From: Tubulanus polymorphus
Taxonomy: Eukaryota > Animalia > Nemertea
NCBI RefSeq assembly: GCF_964204645.1
Contig: NC_134035.1
Location: 11,130,451 to 11,194,450, forward strand
DNA: 64,000 nt
Direction of reading: 5' to 3'
Numbering within the stretch: the first letter of the stretch is position 1; the number at the start of each line of letters is the position of its first letter. Made by a program: the position numbers and the translations under genes. The notes under the pieces are model-generated. The model had not been told where the DNA came from. It saw nothing but the letters and a program-made list of their open reading frames with translations, and ran no database searches. Below, one piece after another: positions 36,938 to 51,297 of this stretch.

Positions 36938-39247
36938 TCACATTGCCTGCAAACGCCTGTGATCGATTTTATCCAACTGCAACAATCTGAGGTAGTTAGT
37001 CAAGAAGAAAACAACAAATGAATAACTATTGAATTCTTATGAAATTTTTTAAGAAACTGGTTGGGCTTGAGGAAGGAGCAGCAGAAAAAACTTCCCTACT
37101 TACCTTTCTTTGTACTTAATGCACCTAACTCAAAATCAAGAGATTTCGGGGGGCTTTCTTGATGAAGAAGTTTATACAAAGATCTTTCTAGGATACTTTT
37201 CGCTATGCGGTTTGTTTGTTAAAGAAAGGATACGGTTTAAGTTGTTCACTAAATGCCTTCATATCTTCTTGTACTTGTTCCTGAAAATGAATCGTATAAT
37301 CAATACAGCGAAACTTTTTGTATAGTGTCAGGGAAATATCAGGGAATTTTGGATTCCCTGATCTTCAAAAACCCAGGGCCCAGTTTCACAAAAAAGATTA
37401 AGGCCTCAATCGATTTAAGATAAACTGAATTAATGAAGAAATTAAATCGATTTTACAGTTAAACCTTTTTATAAAACTGGGCCCAGGGCCCAGTTTTATA
37501 AAACCAGGCCCAGGGTTTAAAGTAATAAGGAACTTAACCTAGACAGAACTAGCCACTGGATTTTAGATACCAGGTATACATTGAAAGGTATGCATTATGT
37601 TGTAGAAGACTTAACTCCTTACCTGGCCAGAAATAGTGACTACGCTAAGTTCTACTAAATATGACTGAGACAATGGTTCTATGTTGTCAATATTATTCGG
37701 TTGCAGCATCTAAAACAGTAAATGAATTAACCCTTATACATATGAATTCCACACCCGGGGACAAAAACACATTTCATCATAAAACAGTAAATGAATTAAC
37801 CCTTATACATATGAATTCCACACCCGGGGACAAAAACACATTTCATCATAAATGATATATATTTACCCGAAAGATTTTTGACACCGTTATTTTCATTCTG
37901 CCTTTCCTGAATAGATATCCTTTAACAACGAATTCATGATCCAATCTAAAAGTGAATTGAAGGATATTCATGCTTTCATGACAAGTGAACCTTGAGCGGT
38001 TTAAATTGTCACTATATCACCTATCCGCGCGTTAACTTTAACAAACTCTTGAGCAACAGGATTGAAATGAGTAAATTGAAGCCTGTAGCGCTACTCACTT
38101 GAAGCCCATTTCATTGAGAAATTGTACGAGATTATCAGACGTTCCGACGTCGATACAGCTGCGTAGTAACGTCGTGCGACTTTTATCTCCGAGATCAGTT
38201 TGTCCGACGTAACGCAAATGCCTGAATAAATAATCAAAATTGCAGCAAAGTAGGTTCACTCTTAGTTGACCTGGGCCCGGTTTTATAGACTGGCATTATC
38301 TTTGACCCGGGGGTTCATTATCAATCGAGTGAGCCCCCTTGTTAAAGGTATAGCAGTCTATAAAACCGGGCCCAGGTGATTAGGGGGAAATTATCGGTAG
38401 ATAATTAACTAGTCCCGCTGTAAATACATTCTGTATCTACCAGTGACATTAGATTTTACTAGAACTGTACAAAATTTGTTCTCAAACATACCAAGGCACA
38501 TCTGGCTGATCTAAAGAATGTCTTGCACGAAATATAATAGGTTGGCCCGATCCTCCTTGAAATGAAAAAATACTAGTTATACTCTTCCTCGGTCATTTAT
38601 TAATAGGCCTACATGTGTATTCAGTGAGTACTATTGTCACTTCTCACCAGGGAGAGATTACTGATACACAGTTACGTGTATGGGCTAGGGGTAATAATAC
38701 CAATACCACTTCTCTCCCTGAAGAGATGACACAGTTACAGATATTGACTAGGGGTAATAATACCAATACCACTTCTCTCCCTGAAGAGATGACTCAGTTA
38801 CAGATATAGGCTAGGGGTGATAACACCAATGTCACTTCTCACCAGGGAGGGATGACTGAAACACAGTTAGTTACCTAATCATTGGTGGTAAGCTTTTTAT
38901 TATCGGATGGGCTTATACCAACTATATACAGTGAAAATTTCCGATCGTGAAACTAAACCACAGACAGGTTACTGACTAACTGAAACACAGTTACAGGGGG
39001 TAATAATTAATAAATCATCCTAAAAATGCCTAACTCCTAAAAATCATCAAATCCTCCCCTTACTCATGTTATAAACCATTTCGTGGTCGTGAAAGGTCTC
39101 CGGTCCGGTTTCTAGATTATCGCACAGTCCGCGTAGACGATGTAAAAGCGCATCTCGCGACGACTCTAAAATGCTTCCTTGTAACAAATATTCTTGATGC
39201 GGTACGATTTCTGACAATTTGACGCTCGACGCGATACTTTCCATCAT
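36938..39247 (-). CDS. MED18: Mediator of RNA polymerase II transcription subunit 18, 7 exons, 210 aa
   Basis: Exons 39247-39064, 38555-38492, 38221-38099, 37945-37867, 37709-37623, 37280-37234, 36986-36938. QEYLLQGS..LLHRLRGLCDN..ETFHDHEMVY, PWHLRYVGQ, FLNEMGFKLDHEFVVKGYLFRKGRMKITVSKIF, SYLVELSVV, DMKAFSEQLKPLLQLDKID. Confidence 0.96.
36987..37233 (-). other. U12-type (minor spliceosome) GT-AG intron in MED18
   Basis: 5' splice site GTATCCTTTC; branch-like TTCTTGAC ~13-20 nt before the terminal CAG. Confidence 0.8.
37712..37851. repeat. Perfect 69-bp tandem duplication in a MED18 intron
   Basis: aaaacagtaaatgaattaacccttatacatatgaattccacacccggggacaaaaacacatttcatcat x2. Confidence 0.95.
38274..38372. 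mobile_element. Short GGCCC-ended MITE at a CWG site (relatives ~31192-31283, ~37376-37483, ~11922-12050)
   Basis: ctg|ggcccggttttatagactg...cagtctataaaaccgggcc|cag. Confidence 0.75.
38630..38870. repeat. Minisatellite, ~60-bp unit, ~4 copies, in MED18 intron 1
   Basis: ctaggggtaataataccaataccacttctctccctgaagagatgacacagttacagata repeated. Confidence 0.85.
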
Positions 39248-42200
39248 TTTGATTCTACAAAAAATGAAAAAGACAGAGAGAATGAGGCTTTAATGTCGTC
39301 GAAGGCGCCGCAGACGCCTGCGGAAAACTACAGCATCCGATGAAAAGCTAAAAGGCTAAAACTTATGAAAAATAAATATTTCAAAATAATAGATGTTTTC
39401 TGTTTCTTTTTTATACGTCGCCTTTATTCATATGTGGCATATAAGCTTACGCAACAGAAGGAAGAGCGATAAGAAATTTGCGGGAGGGAATGCCAATGCA
39501 TGGCTGGCAATTCAGGCTGAAACTTTTGAATATGAATGAATGAAAGGTCCTTCGAAACCTTGGATTTGAACCCATTATTTACACAACTCACCAGCCTTTA
39601 TTCGACCGAATCAAATTTTTATTTTACTCCCAACTACTTTGTGACTGTGAGTCTGGCCCTGGGCTGGGGGATTATTCACAACCATTCACAATTCCGCCAA
39701 AATCGTCCGGCGAATTGAATGATTTTTGTTCCAAAACCTGAAAAAAAAGTGAATGATGTCTGTCTGCAGAGTTTCCAGATTTCTTTGTCTTGTTTAACTT
39801 TGTTGACGTATCACTAAAATGTTTTTATTGTAAAATTTATTACTGTCAATAAAGTATTTGAATTGGTCCGGAAAAATACCCAAACTCACAACAATATTTG
39901 ACGAAACGGCGAAATATCTAGGCATGCGCTAGACGAATGGAAGAACATTTTGAATTGAATGAATATTCTGATCCGTCGAAAATGATTCAACAATAACGAT
40001 AAGGAAAATGTTCTGACTAATAATTGATTTGAAAGGTTGATTTATAAGAAGAAAATATTTATGTAAAATGACTTATTTCTGTATTAAAGGGAAAAAATAA
40101 GTTTCAGCATAGATGAATTAATTAATGTAGAAGTATGAGAATATTTTCGATAGTTGTATCGAGGTCTTGATATTTCGTTTCCGCAATAAGACACTGAAAA
40201 ATATCTGCTCGTATCACTCGCCGGCATCACTCCTCACTGTCCTGAAGTCTCACTATTTATATTCACTGTTTTTATGATGTACATGTAAAAGAGCCGAATG
40301 CAATATAGCGACTGATTTTATTGAGACTGATTTTAAATCAATCTAAAGCAAAATTTAGAGCAAGAAGTTTTTTTCTATTTATATCAGTTTTAGTGCAGAC
40401 CTGTCACACCACAGGTCGCGAGAAATTCTGCAAAATGGCGCGAGCTGCCGTGTGAGGTCTCGCTTCAAAATTATTGTTTTATAGTAACTTAAGATTAACT
40501 ATATCCATGGTAAGAAATTTATTTTTATGGCCTTATTAAAGTTCCACGATATTGTTCAGCTGGCTACTGGCGTGCATTCAACCCGGCAGTAGAACCTTTT
40601 CATTCAACTTCTATAAGCTCTCAATATTGTAGATCCATTCAACAATAGAGACACAATTGCGGCTTTTCAGAGTTGTTGATATCATTCATACGCGCTATTG
40701 AATACGTCACCGGCTGACCACGGTGTACACAAGCATAGACCATTCACCTCTGCACACTCACACTGTGAACATGCTACCGTGGATTCTCCTGGCGATTTTC
40801 GCTGCGCTCCCGCTCCTGCTCCTGTTCCTGCTTCCTGAGGAACGACGTCTTTATGTTTTATGTATTACTGTTCGTCTCCGTGCTGTCCTGTACTGTTCCG
40901 TGTTTATTAATCCGTTCTATTTTCAGCATTTAATCCGTTTTATTTTTCAGGGCCGATTTCTCTGTCGAATTTCAACGTTTGCTGGAACAAAACTAATGTC
41001 CGAAAGCGTCAGCTCTCCTTTGCCGGTCATTTGTCGAGGATGTCAGACAAAGAGTCGGACAGGAAATTCTGCCCTCTACACGCCCTCATACGGAACACGA
41101 AAACCAGGATGATGAGGCCTCACTGCCCCCATCTATCTACAAAGTGTGCTGAGTGATGTCAATGACGGGCATATCTGCGGGATTGCGCGGGATACAAATG
41201 GAGCGGTTATACTGGATTGTCACGCTACTAGCATTCATTGTGTCCTTGTGACCACCCGGATGAGGGATGATTCTACTGTCACGCTCTTTGTTTCTGGTAT
41301 TCTGAGTCGGCTGAGGGATGATTCTACTGTCACGCTCTTTGATTTCTAGTTTGAGTGCTAGTTTTCATTGTGTCCTTGTGACAACCCCGGTCAGTGGATG
41401 AAGTCTCTCGTCGGCTTGTGAGTGCTAGTTTCATTGTGTCCTTGTGACAACCTCGGTCAGTGGATGAAGTCTCTTGTCACGCTTTTGAGTGCTAGTTGAG
41501 ATCCTGAATCTCAACCCGGTCAAGCTGGTTGTACTGTGCTATTTGTGTTTCGTGCAATTTTACAGGTTTGTCAGTTACTGACGTCGCCCAGTACATCCTG
41601 CAGTTAGATGGGGAATGTGAGGCGTTGTCATTCTGGTTTTCGCGTTCTGTATGAGGGCGTGTAGAGGGCAGTATATTCCTGGCTGGCTCATTGTCTGGTG
41701 TTCTCGGCATGTGACCAGCGATGGAGAGCTGAAAAGCTTTCGAACATTAGTTTTGTTCCGTACCAGGTTTTCATCACTCTTTTCTTTTTTTTCATTTCAG
41801 GACTCCCAAGAAGTTGAAGAAGATGCTGAAGGTGACTACAACGAAGACGATGCCAAAAAAGAACACTGAACTCAGCAATATTGAAAGTTAAGTTGATACA
41901 CATGTAAATTACGATGCGTGATACGGAAAGGATTGTGTAACTACAGAATATCGTTCTTTTACTCATTTCAGGTTAATCCGGAAAGGCCCATCTAAAATCT
42001 GCCCACCAGAAGTGCCCACAAAAGACTCCACCTTGAAGTACCACCAAACACCTGTCGCAAAGACCTGTCGCAACCGAACCTGACAGTCTTGCATGGCTCA
42101 TCCTGCATGGCAACAGGAAAACATACATACATAAAGCTAAGTTGATTTTTCATATCTGGGGTAGAATGCATAGGTGCTGGTCAAGCTCACTATCTCCGCA

Positions 42201-45200
42201 CTACTTTATTGAGGCTCTGTGGCCGGTAGTAAATTGAAATATAGCTAGGCAATGATTGCTTGAATATTTACAATATTAGACGAAATGATTGAGTGAGGTC
42301 CTTTAAATATTCTTTGGTCTGATAATTAAAATGTAGATTGGTCAGTTATTGATTAAAAGATTTTGTAAGTACGTACAATTAAGGTAAATTCAATATCTTA
42401 TGTGACATTTGAAATTATTTGAATGTACCGTAGATATTTCAGGCCTCATATGACTATTGTTTAACTGACAATCAAGATCTAGATAGGACAATTTTTACTA
42501 AAAGATATATCAATTAAACTTTATCGTTGGTTGATAGATTTTTCTTTACAAATAATATATTGATAAATTTATCAAGATTGAGATTGAGGCCATACTTTAC
42601 AATATATACTGTGTGCTGCCTCACACATAACAGTTATGAATTTCATAAGATAGTGTCTAGGGCTCTATCGAGGTCTGGTGTTATATGGGGAAAACTATGG
42701 ACTACGGGTCTTTATGAAACAGTGATTTGGTCGCAACACTTCGATAAATCCAGAATAAACCAAAGCTTTAATTGATTTAATTCATTCCTGAAACACTGTG
42801 TCTTGCTTTGGGCGACGCATGATAATTGTTGTTTGACTGAAAATTAGCATACAGCCAGGAAAAATGGCTTAGATATTCACAATTAAGATGAATTCAATAT
42901 TTGATGTTAGATCAAAAACTTTTTATATCACAAATATTTATTGATCAGAAATATAGCTGAAATATATAATATAATCGAGCACATCTATAAGTAAATCGGT
43001 CTCATTGACTGATCAGTTCTGTATCGCCAACTGCCGCGCTTACGACGACTAGCCATGCTTTTCATTATTGGCAAAATTTACTAAAACCTAACTGATTCAA
43101 TTAATATCTAAAAGCCATACTGTGTGTCAAGTGACGCATATTAGATATAGTTTAACTGAAAATTAGAATCTAAGATGAATTACTCATTAACGTATTACTT
43201 AGATCCATTAAGGTTAATTCAATTGTTATGTGAAATTATTTCTAATTCCATGGACATTTAAAATGTAGCTGATACATGTGTATCTGAGCACATTTATTTA
43301 TCTGTATCTAAGTGGACCTATGGTGTCTTCACACAGCTGTATTAGTTTTGATACATATTGCCAAAATCATTTAACGCAGATTTACTTCCGATCGAATCTG
43401 TGCACAAATACATTCCTGGATTTGGAAGGGGGAATATTTCAATTTCACTGTGTATGTCAGATTGAAAGCCTTATTCTGACAGGATATCCTAAACTTAGGT
43501 CTTATTCCTCTTGCTAATAGCTCTCTTTTACTAACCCCTCTCCTTCAAACTATTTTCTAGCATCATGACTCGCACCGCACCAGGGAGGTCCGGTCATAAC
43601 AAGGTCTTTCGGTCCTTATACACAGTGTACTATATAAGGGAAATAAAGATTATATAGCCATTCGGCTAAGGGAATTTCTAATTTACCACTAAAAATATGC
43701 TTTTTTATCTTTAATTTCTGATGAATTCAAATAGTGACGAATTCACCACATCTGAAATTCTACTCATGTAGATTTTCAGGCTCCATATAAATATTGTTCA
43801 ACTGACTATTTAAATATAGCTAGTATGATTACTAATTAATGGTTCGCTTAGATACCTAGAATTCAATTAAAATCAATTCAATATAATGAATATGAGTGAA
43901 ACTTATTCAAAATTGCGCAGTGGATGAGACGACTGTATCGTGCAATGTCATCTGCGTCTAACTGGGCCACATGTGTGTGGGATCTGTTGAATCAGTTAGG
44001 TTTTGGGGAATTCTGGGTTAGTTAAGCTAGGTATCAAAAGCTCTGATGCAAAATCAGCAGTTCTAATAGTGATTAATTCAAATTCGTACCGGATCTGAAA
44101 TTCTTCTCGTGTAGAAATTTCAAGCCCCATATAAAATATTGTCCGAGACAATTTCAATTATAGCTAGGACATTATCAATTAACTAATTGATTAGGTATCT
44201 AATTCAGCATTTTCATATATGGTGAAAGTGCTCAAATCTAAACCATAGGGGTTGATAAGACAACTGTATTGATATATAAAGAGTACTGGTTAACTGTTTT
44301 AACTCTGACTCTTGTGCGTGGGATTTATTGAATCTTTAAGGCTTTGCAGAATTCTGGATTTGTTGAGGTGTGGGAATGATTCAAGGTTTCTTAAATCTGT
44401 AGAACCATGTTACTTATAGGATCAGTGTGCTCAATGCTGGCAGCGCACTCACTCTTCCGTTAGTTACATTATCATAATTACAAGATCATTGTATATATTA
44501 GGAGCAATATTTAGAATTAATGAAATGGATTAGAATACCATTTACTGGGTACAGATGTCACCACCTAGGGGTAGAAAGTTTATTAACTGACGATGAAGTA
44601 AATTTGCTAATTCGAACATGGTTTAGCTGACAATCGAAATATATATATGCCAATATTACTAGCAGGTTTGCACTGTATGATGGCCTGGGTTTCAATAAAA
44701 GACACATCAAGAATTTCAAGAAGATAGAATAGAAAACAGTTCAAAAACGATTTGATAAGATTGATTATGCATTACTAAATTTGTTGTAACTCTGGTATTC
44801 CTAGAGATGACTATAGATGCTTTAGTTGAATTGTTGTTAAACTAAAAATTATCAACCATTGCTTAGATATTTAGAATATAGATGAATTACTATATGAGTT
44901 GAATTTTATAAATATCATTTAAGACTATTATAAAAATCTACATAACGATCCACATTGCTGATCTTATATATGAATTGACATGATAATTATGATCAGTGAT
45001 ATTCGAAAGGATTTTCTGCTCAAAAGGTTCTGCTCTTTTCTTCAGCTTGCCGTTTCAGACTGATTGGAAGATAGTTTGAATGAACCGGAATCGAATTTCC
45101 CAATTATGTACTTCGATTTCAGACATACTCGAGAAAAATTACAATAAACTTTGAAAAATTAGACAAATTTAAACAGTGAAAACGACAAAAAAATTAAAGT

Positions 45201-45216
45201 AAGACAAAATTCTCCC

Positions 45217-46075
45217 ACCTTGTAAACTTTCGGACTAGTTACATGAAAAAAAGACCAAATATTGTAAAATATAGTTATTTCCAAAATCTCGATGTTTTAA
45301 ATTAGGCAGAAAAAAATAGATAAAATTATTCAACCTTGTAAACTTTCGGACTAGTTACATGAAAAAAAGACCAAATATTGTAAAATATAGTTATTTCCAA
45401 AATCTCGATGTTTTAAATTAGGCAGAAAAAAATAGATAAAATTATTCAACCTTGTAAACTTTCGGACTAGTTACATGAAAAAGACCAAATATTGTAAAAT
45501 ATAGTTATTTCCAAAATCTCGATGTATTAAATAAGCCAGAAAAAAATAGATAAAATTATTCAACATTGTAAACTTTCGGACTAGTTACATGAAAAAAAGA
45601 CCAAATATTGTAAAATATAGTTATTTCCAAAATCTCGATGTTTTAAATTAGGTAGAAAAAAAATAGATAAAATTATTCAACCTTGTAAACTTTCGGACTA
45701 GTTATATGAAAAAAAAGACCAAATATTGTAATATATAGTTATTTCCAAAATCTTGATGTATTAAATTAGGCAGAAAAAAATAGATAAAATTATTCAACCT
45801 TGTAAACTTTCGGACTAGTTATATGAAAAAAAGACCAAATATTGTAATATATAGTTATTTCCAAAATCTTGATGTATTAAATTAGGCAGAAAAAAAGTTA
45901 ACCCCAATCAGTCACTTAATATGTGCTTCAACTATTTAAACGGTGAAAACGACCAAAAAAATTGAAGTTAGACAAAATTATTAAACGTTGTAAACTTTCG
46001 GACTAGTTAATAAAAAAAAGACCAAATATTGTAAAATTATCTTCAACCTTGTAATATAGTTATTTCCAAAATCAG
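45217..46075. repeat. Tandem repeat, ~116-bp unit, ~6 copies plus one degenerate copy
   Basis: Unit accttgtaaactttcggactagttacatgaaaaaaagaccaaatattgtaaaatatagttatttccaaaatctcgatg... starting at 45217, 45333, 45449, 45563, 45680, 45797 and ~45985. Confidence 0.95.
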
Positions 46076-49000
46076 AATTAGGCATAATAAAAGATTGTTT
46101 GAATGAACCGGAACCCCGAATTACCAATTATGTTCTTGGACTTAGGAAAAAAAGATCTGTAAAAACGACCGCCGATCACTTCCGATTTTGAAAAAAACTA
46201 CCGTTTCGCTCCCGGCAGGTGTGGTAGGTTTGTAAGGGACACCAACTCGAAAAGTCAAACGAGAGCTTGAGGTCAACAACTCATCAAAGATCTGCCGATT
46301 AGAGAACAGTGCACAGAAACCAACCGACTTAGGAGATCCTCGTCGATGATGAAACCAGCAATCATAAAAGGTAACTTGATATACGGTACATGGAGTTATT
46401 ACGATGATTTCTAAATGTCGTGATTACAGGATATATTTCTTTACTCATTGCAGCTAAGTTTCAACTATAAGAAAGAGACCAGCTTAAAATCAATTACTCA
46501 TCTGAATCTACGGATTTGAACAACCCACAGAAGAATCAAACTCATTAGATGGAAATTACCGGTATATAGAAATTTCAGGCCTCATATGAATATCATTTGA
46601 TAAGTGATTATCATCGAAATCTATTTACCTGTCCACATGGCTGATCTTAGAACTTTTATCTTTACTAGTCTTACGCCTTAAATTTTTCAAACGATTACTC
46701 CAAGCTTAAACATTGATGAACTAGTCCTACTACTGCAATTATTTATTGGGGTTTAAATCAGCAATCGACGTCAATGAACCTAATTCTGATTTTGGAAATA
46801 ACTATATTAACTATGTGAAAAACACGGTGGCTTGTAATTTGAAATGACATGTAAGTTATGATAAATCTGTCTAAAATGTTTTGCTTTCTTCACTTTGTTT
46901 CAGTCAAACTACATCCCGGAAATAATGGTCTGAAGAAGACACCCACAACGATTACTGATTGACCCATTTGCTGATGAAAACTGCAGAAGCCCAAATGAGA
47001 AGTTTAGGAGCCAGCGACGGATTAATCACTGAATGATGGATTCTTCTACAATCGGTGATTTCTATAAAACATTTTATCAGGAGCAGCAGAGACAATAGTG
47101 AATCTTATAAACACTGATTCAAGTGACAAAGTTAATGGATTATCTCATAAACACTGATTCACGATAAACAATAGCGGACTTCTGTAGTAAAGTATTGGTT
47201 TTTTGCTTATCACCTTTTTCAAACCAGTCTGATGGATAATATAGTGTTTTCGAGGAAACTATTTGATAATGTTTATGCAATGTGAGAGTCTAATAAAAGC
47301 TAAGCTCCATTAATGCACAATTTTGGTCTTTGATCCTTGGTCAATAGATAAGTCAAGTTAGTCACTAGGGGTAAATGGTCGTGTTGAGTGCCTAGTTTTG
47401 ACTTGTAGGTCTCTTGAGTTAACTCCTAAACTGAGATATAGTTTCAACATGAATTGTGAGTTTAATCTTCCAACTTACCATAGTTAAACATAGTCAACTG
47501 TGGCTATTTGTCCGTGTAGATATCACATAGTTAGGAAACATAGAACATAACCTTAGACCAGTGTTGATGTACAAATATTAACTATTTGCTGAATTGTAGA
47601 TGTACAAATTTGATGGCATTGATATTTTCGAAGGTAACCAATATGAAAAATTTGAAACAAAGTAGATTTCGATTAAAGCCTCCATCAATCTGTTTGATGA
47701 TCATACCTACGTATTTGAAAACTAAAGCTTCTGAAAGGAGACCATTATTTACATTTGAGAGGTAAAGCTAGGAATAACAAGGCATAAAGTTATAGCTAGG
47801 ACTAATTTGTAACGTTTTAACATTGTTTATAGCTGATTGAACTTCTTTTATTGTAATGGGTAAATCCATATCACGAGATGGCTCTCGTGAATAATCACTT
47901 AGCTTCAAATCGGGTGTATAATGATTATTAAGGAGTGGCGGTGAATCAGTAGCGCTTTCTTAAAATGGGCCCAGAACTTTACAGTGAAAAAATGCCTGCA
48001 GTTGTAAATAGAGGAGTATAAATAATACATAACTACAAACTAAAAGTACATAAATTAATTCTAAAAAATAAAAAAAACCAATAAATAATAAATAGAATAA
48101 ACAACAATACAAACAAACAACAAATTAATATTCTATTTACATGAAAAGGCATTTTTTCAAATATTTATCAACAAGGTTCTTCATTTATCGAACAACCTTC
48201 CCTAAGTATAGCGAAAACCAGAGATCTTTTCTTTTGTTATTCAAAGCATTCTATCAACTCAGTTATTGTAATGAACAAAACAAATAACCATAAACCTTAA
48301 CTAAATCGAAAACATTTAAAAAAATAACTGATATGATAGAATGCTGTGAATAACTGTGATGAAAGAACGACCCATCCTTTCAACTAGCCGCGCTCAATCA
48401 CTGCTGTGACTGTTTATTGTTATACATGGGTAGACTTACTATCTAAAATCTGGTACATACATTTTACTTTTTAGAAAGAATTTAAAACAGCTATAAACTT
48501 AAGTTATTGATGTTATTGATTAGTTACCGATTGTATAATTATATTGAAGCCGCCAGGAAAAACGTCAGAATACTTAGTATGTAATGTCAAGGTGTTTGGA
48601 AATCCTTAAGACAAGGCAAAGTTGGCAAAATTATAGTTTTCTAGTGAAAGTACTGATTAATTGATACTAAGAGTTCCCGAGTGAATCTGAGTTTCTCATC
48701 TCTAGTTTTAATGCTTTTATGTTGGAGACTGTTATTGTAACACAGTTCGCGTGTTTGTATATTAGGAACTTGCATGATGATTCCTCGGTTAAGATATTAT
48801 TGTTGCGTGAATAAAACGATGTACATTTTCATCATTCATGTTAAAACTTTTTAGTTAAGTTTTATAGCAAAAATTTCTCTTTGGCGCTTTTCAGTGGTTC
48901 ATAAAATACTGATTTAATCAAGGCCCTGTCGAAAATAGCGAGAGCATAGAATATTTGTTTTGATTATCAGTTTAACCGCGTCTGTGTGTGGCCTGTAATA

Positions 49001-51297
49001 TCTGGACAAGAATTTCTGATCTTTATATAGAGTTGTATTTATATCTACTATCAAGTTGAATAAAACAATTAAGAAGTTACCGTAGCTTCATCAGTCAAAC
49101 CATATTTATTTGAAAATACTTGATTTATCTTAAATTATCACGAAGAAAAACCTTTATAATAGTTTGCAGGGTTTGATCTGAGGAATAAATGCCACTTGAC
49201 CTAGGGGCAAGCATATATGTAATATCACTTGCCCCCTCAAAAATCAACTTGCTCTACATGAATAGTCCGATTGTGCCACAATAATCCCTTGCATCGAGTG
49301 GGATAAAAGCTTTGAGACATAGAATTACACAAGCCCGGTGGATGAGTGATTATGATAACCTTCATGCCCTAATGAAAATATACTTGTCCCGGGCAATTGG
49401 ACTAGTGCTTAAATCAGACCCTGCTTTGTTTCAAATGTAAAATTTGTGAAAAAGTAGTTGATAATGTTTGAAGAAATCTCTTAAAGACGAGGAAAATTTG
49501 GCAATGTTTTTAGTTTTCCAGTAATAATCAAGATTAATTAGTTAACCTTACGCTTTCCAGAGTGAGTGAATTTGTAGGCTTAATGTTTTTTCTTGATAAT
49601 TATAATGTCCTCAATCTCGATGTCATTTGAAAAGTTGACGATGATAGATTCATATTTCATGAAATATAACAAAGTGTCGGTTATATTGACCTCATGAATT
49701 GTCAAATTTGACTTTCAGACTAGTCCTTTTTCCGGTGTTTTATGGATCAAAGTTTACAACTCTGTGTATTTTTGTTATTTTCCCATTGATGCAAATTGTA
49801 TGAATCAGCTGTAGTGGAAATGTATCATATAAAAAAAAGTTAATAATTTGATATGTGAAAATAAAATGATGTAAAGAATGTAAATCAGATTGATTAATCC
49901 TACGCTTTCCAGAGTATTTGGCCAGGTTTATCTCTGGTTTTAGTGCGGGGGCCATGGACAATTGAGTCCATGGTTGGGCCATAGCCCTTTTTGTTTTAGA
50001 GTCTATGTTTGGACCAAGGGGCGTATAAACACTCATTTATAGTTTATACGCCTATGGTGGTTGGACTAGTTGTTTTTTGAAAGTCCACGTGTTTGAGGAG
50101 CTTGCGTTATAATTCCTCGAGCAATCCTGGCATTTTGTATAATTCTTGTATGCGAATAAATATGATTTTGAAATTTGTCATTCGTTGAGTTAAGCAACAA
50201 GTGTTACTAAAACGAAGCACTACTAAATAAAAAAACTATATGCACCAGAGAAAAACCGACCAATTTACGTTACATATGCATATGTTTATATCTGGTATTG
50301 CCTACACTTATTAGCATAGATGGTTGAATACACCTATAGCACCCCTAGTGATGATTTCTAATGAGTGCAATAGCTCATCGGACTTCGTTTTAGTCATGCA
50401 TAGTTCTTACACCTCTAAGTGCATAGGTCATAGTTTTAGTAGTGCATAGTTTTAATAACGCCCCCATTTCACTGCCCTTCTCTTAATTAAATTCACTGCT
50501 TTTCACGGCCGGTCCGTGAATCATTTACAAACCCTGGCAGTTGAATCAGATGCAGTTTCCTGGAAAACTTTTAACTAGGCCACCACATGACGCACGCTTT
50601 TCATATACAGTACACGCACAGATTATTACATCGCGGCGAGTCTTGTGGCGCGCACGTCTGTGAAGCACGGCGGAATATACGTGAAGGCGCATATTCTTCT
50701 GAACAAAAAGCAGTTCCAACGACAAATAGATTGATTAATATGTGGCTGCCTGGGGCCTTTCTTTGATGGTAAATAATGTGTGTGAAGTGACGCATTCTGA
50801 TGAATTCAATAGGGGAGAGATGGAGAGGGGAGTCTGTAATTCAACAGGAAAAGTTTCATAACGTTTGAAGAACACATGAAGATGCCAAAAGCAAGATGAG
50901 CTTAGATTATCCTGGTTGCACCGCCTGTTTTTGAATAATATATTCAGAAAGCACTACGCGATGTTCTTTGTGTTCTCATCGGCTATCATGTGTTCTAAAT
51001 CCGCGCCTATCATGTCTTCTAATTGCCTATCATCGGTTCAGTCATAGCGATTTTCATTTTAGCGAATCAACCTGTCACCTTAGGCCTTGGGCCCTGACAT
51101 GACAGGTTCTGGAAACTCTGCAGACAGACCTAAATCAAAAAAGTGCAGAAACATACAATTTCGAAAAGTTGTTTAGCGCGGTTGTAATAGTATCCAATAC
51201 AATAAAACTTTATTGGCGCGGTTAGCTTCAATTCAATATTATATTGGATGCTGGCAATGTTTTAAAAACAAGATGTAAGAACAAAGTTACAAACTCC

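Noticed and set aside
40723-41112. 129-aa ORF with a hydrophobic N-terminus
   Set aside because: Hydrophobicity derives from a CT-rich low-complexity tract and the frame runs through intron-like sequence; no family similarity recognised.
45217-46075. CRISPR-like array
   Set aside because: Whole units are repeated with no unique spacers, in a eukaryotic context; it is a satellite.
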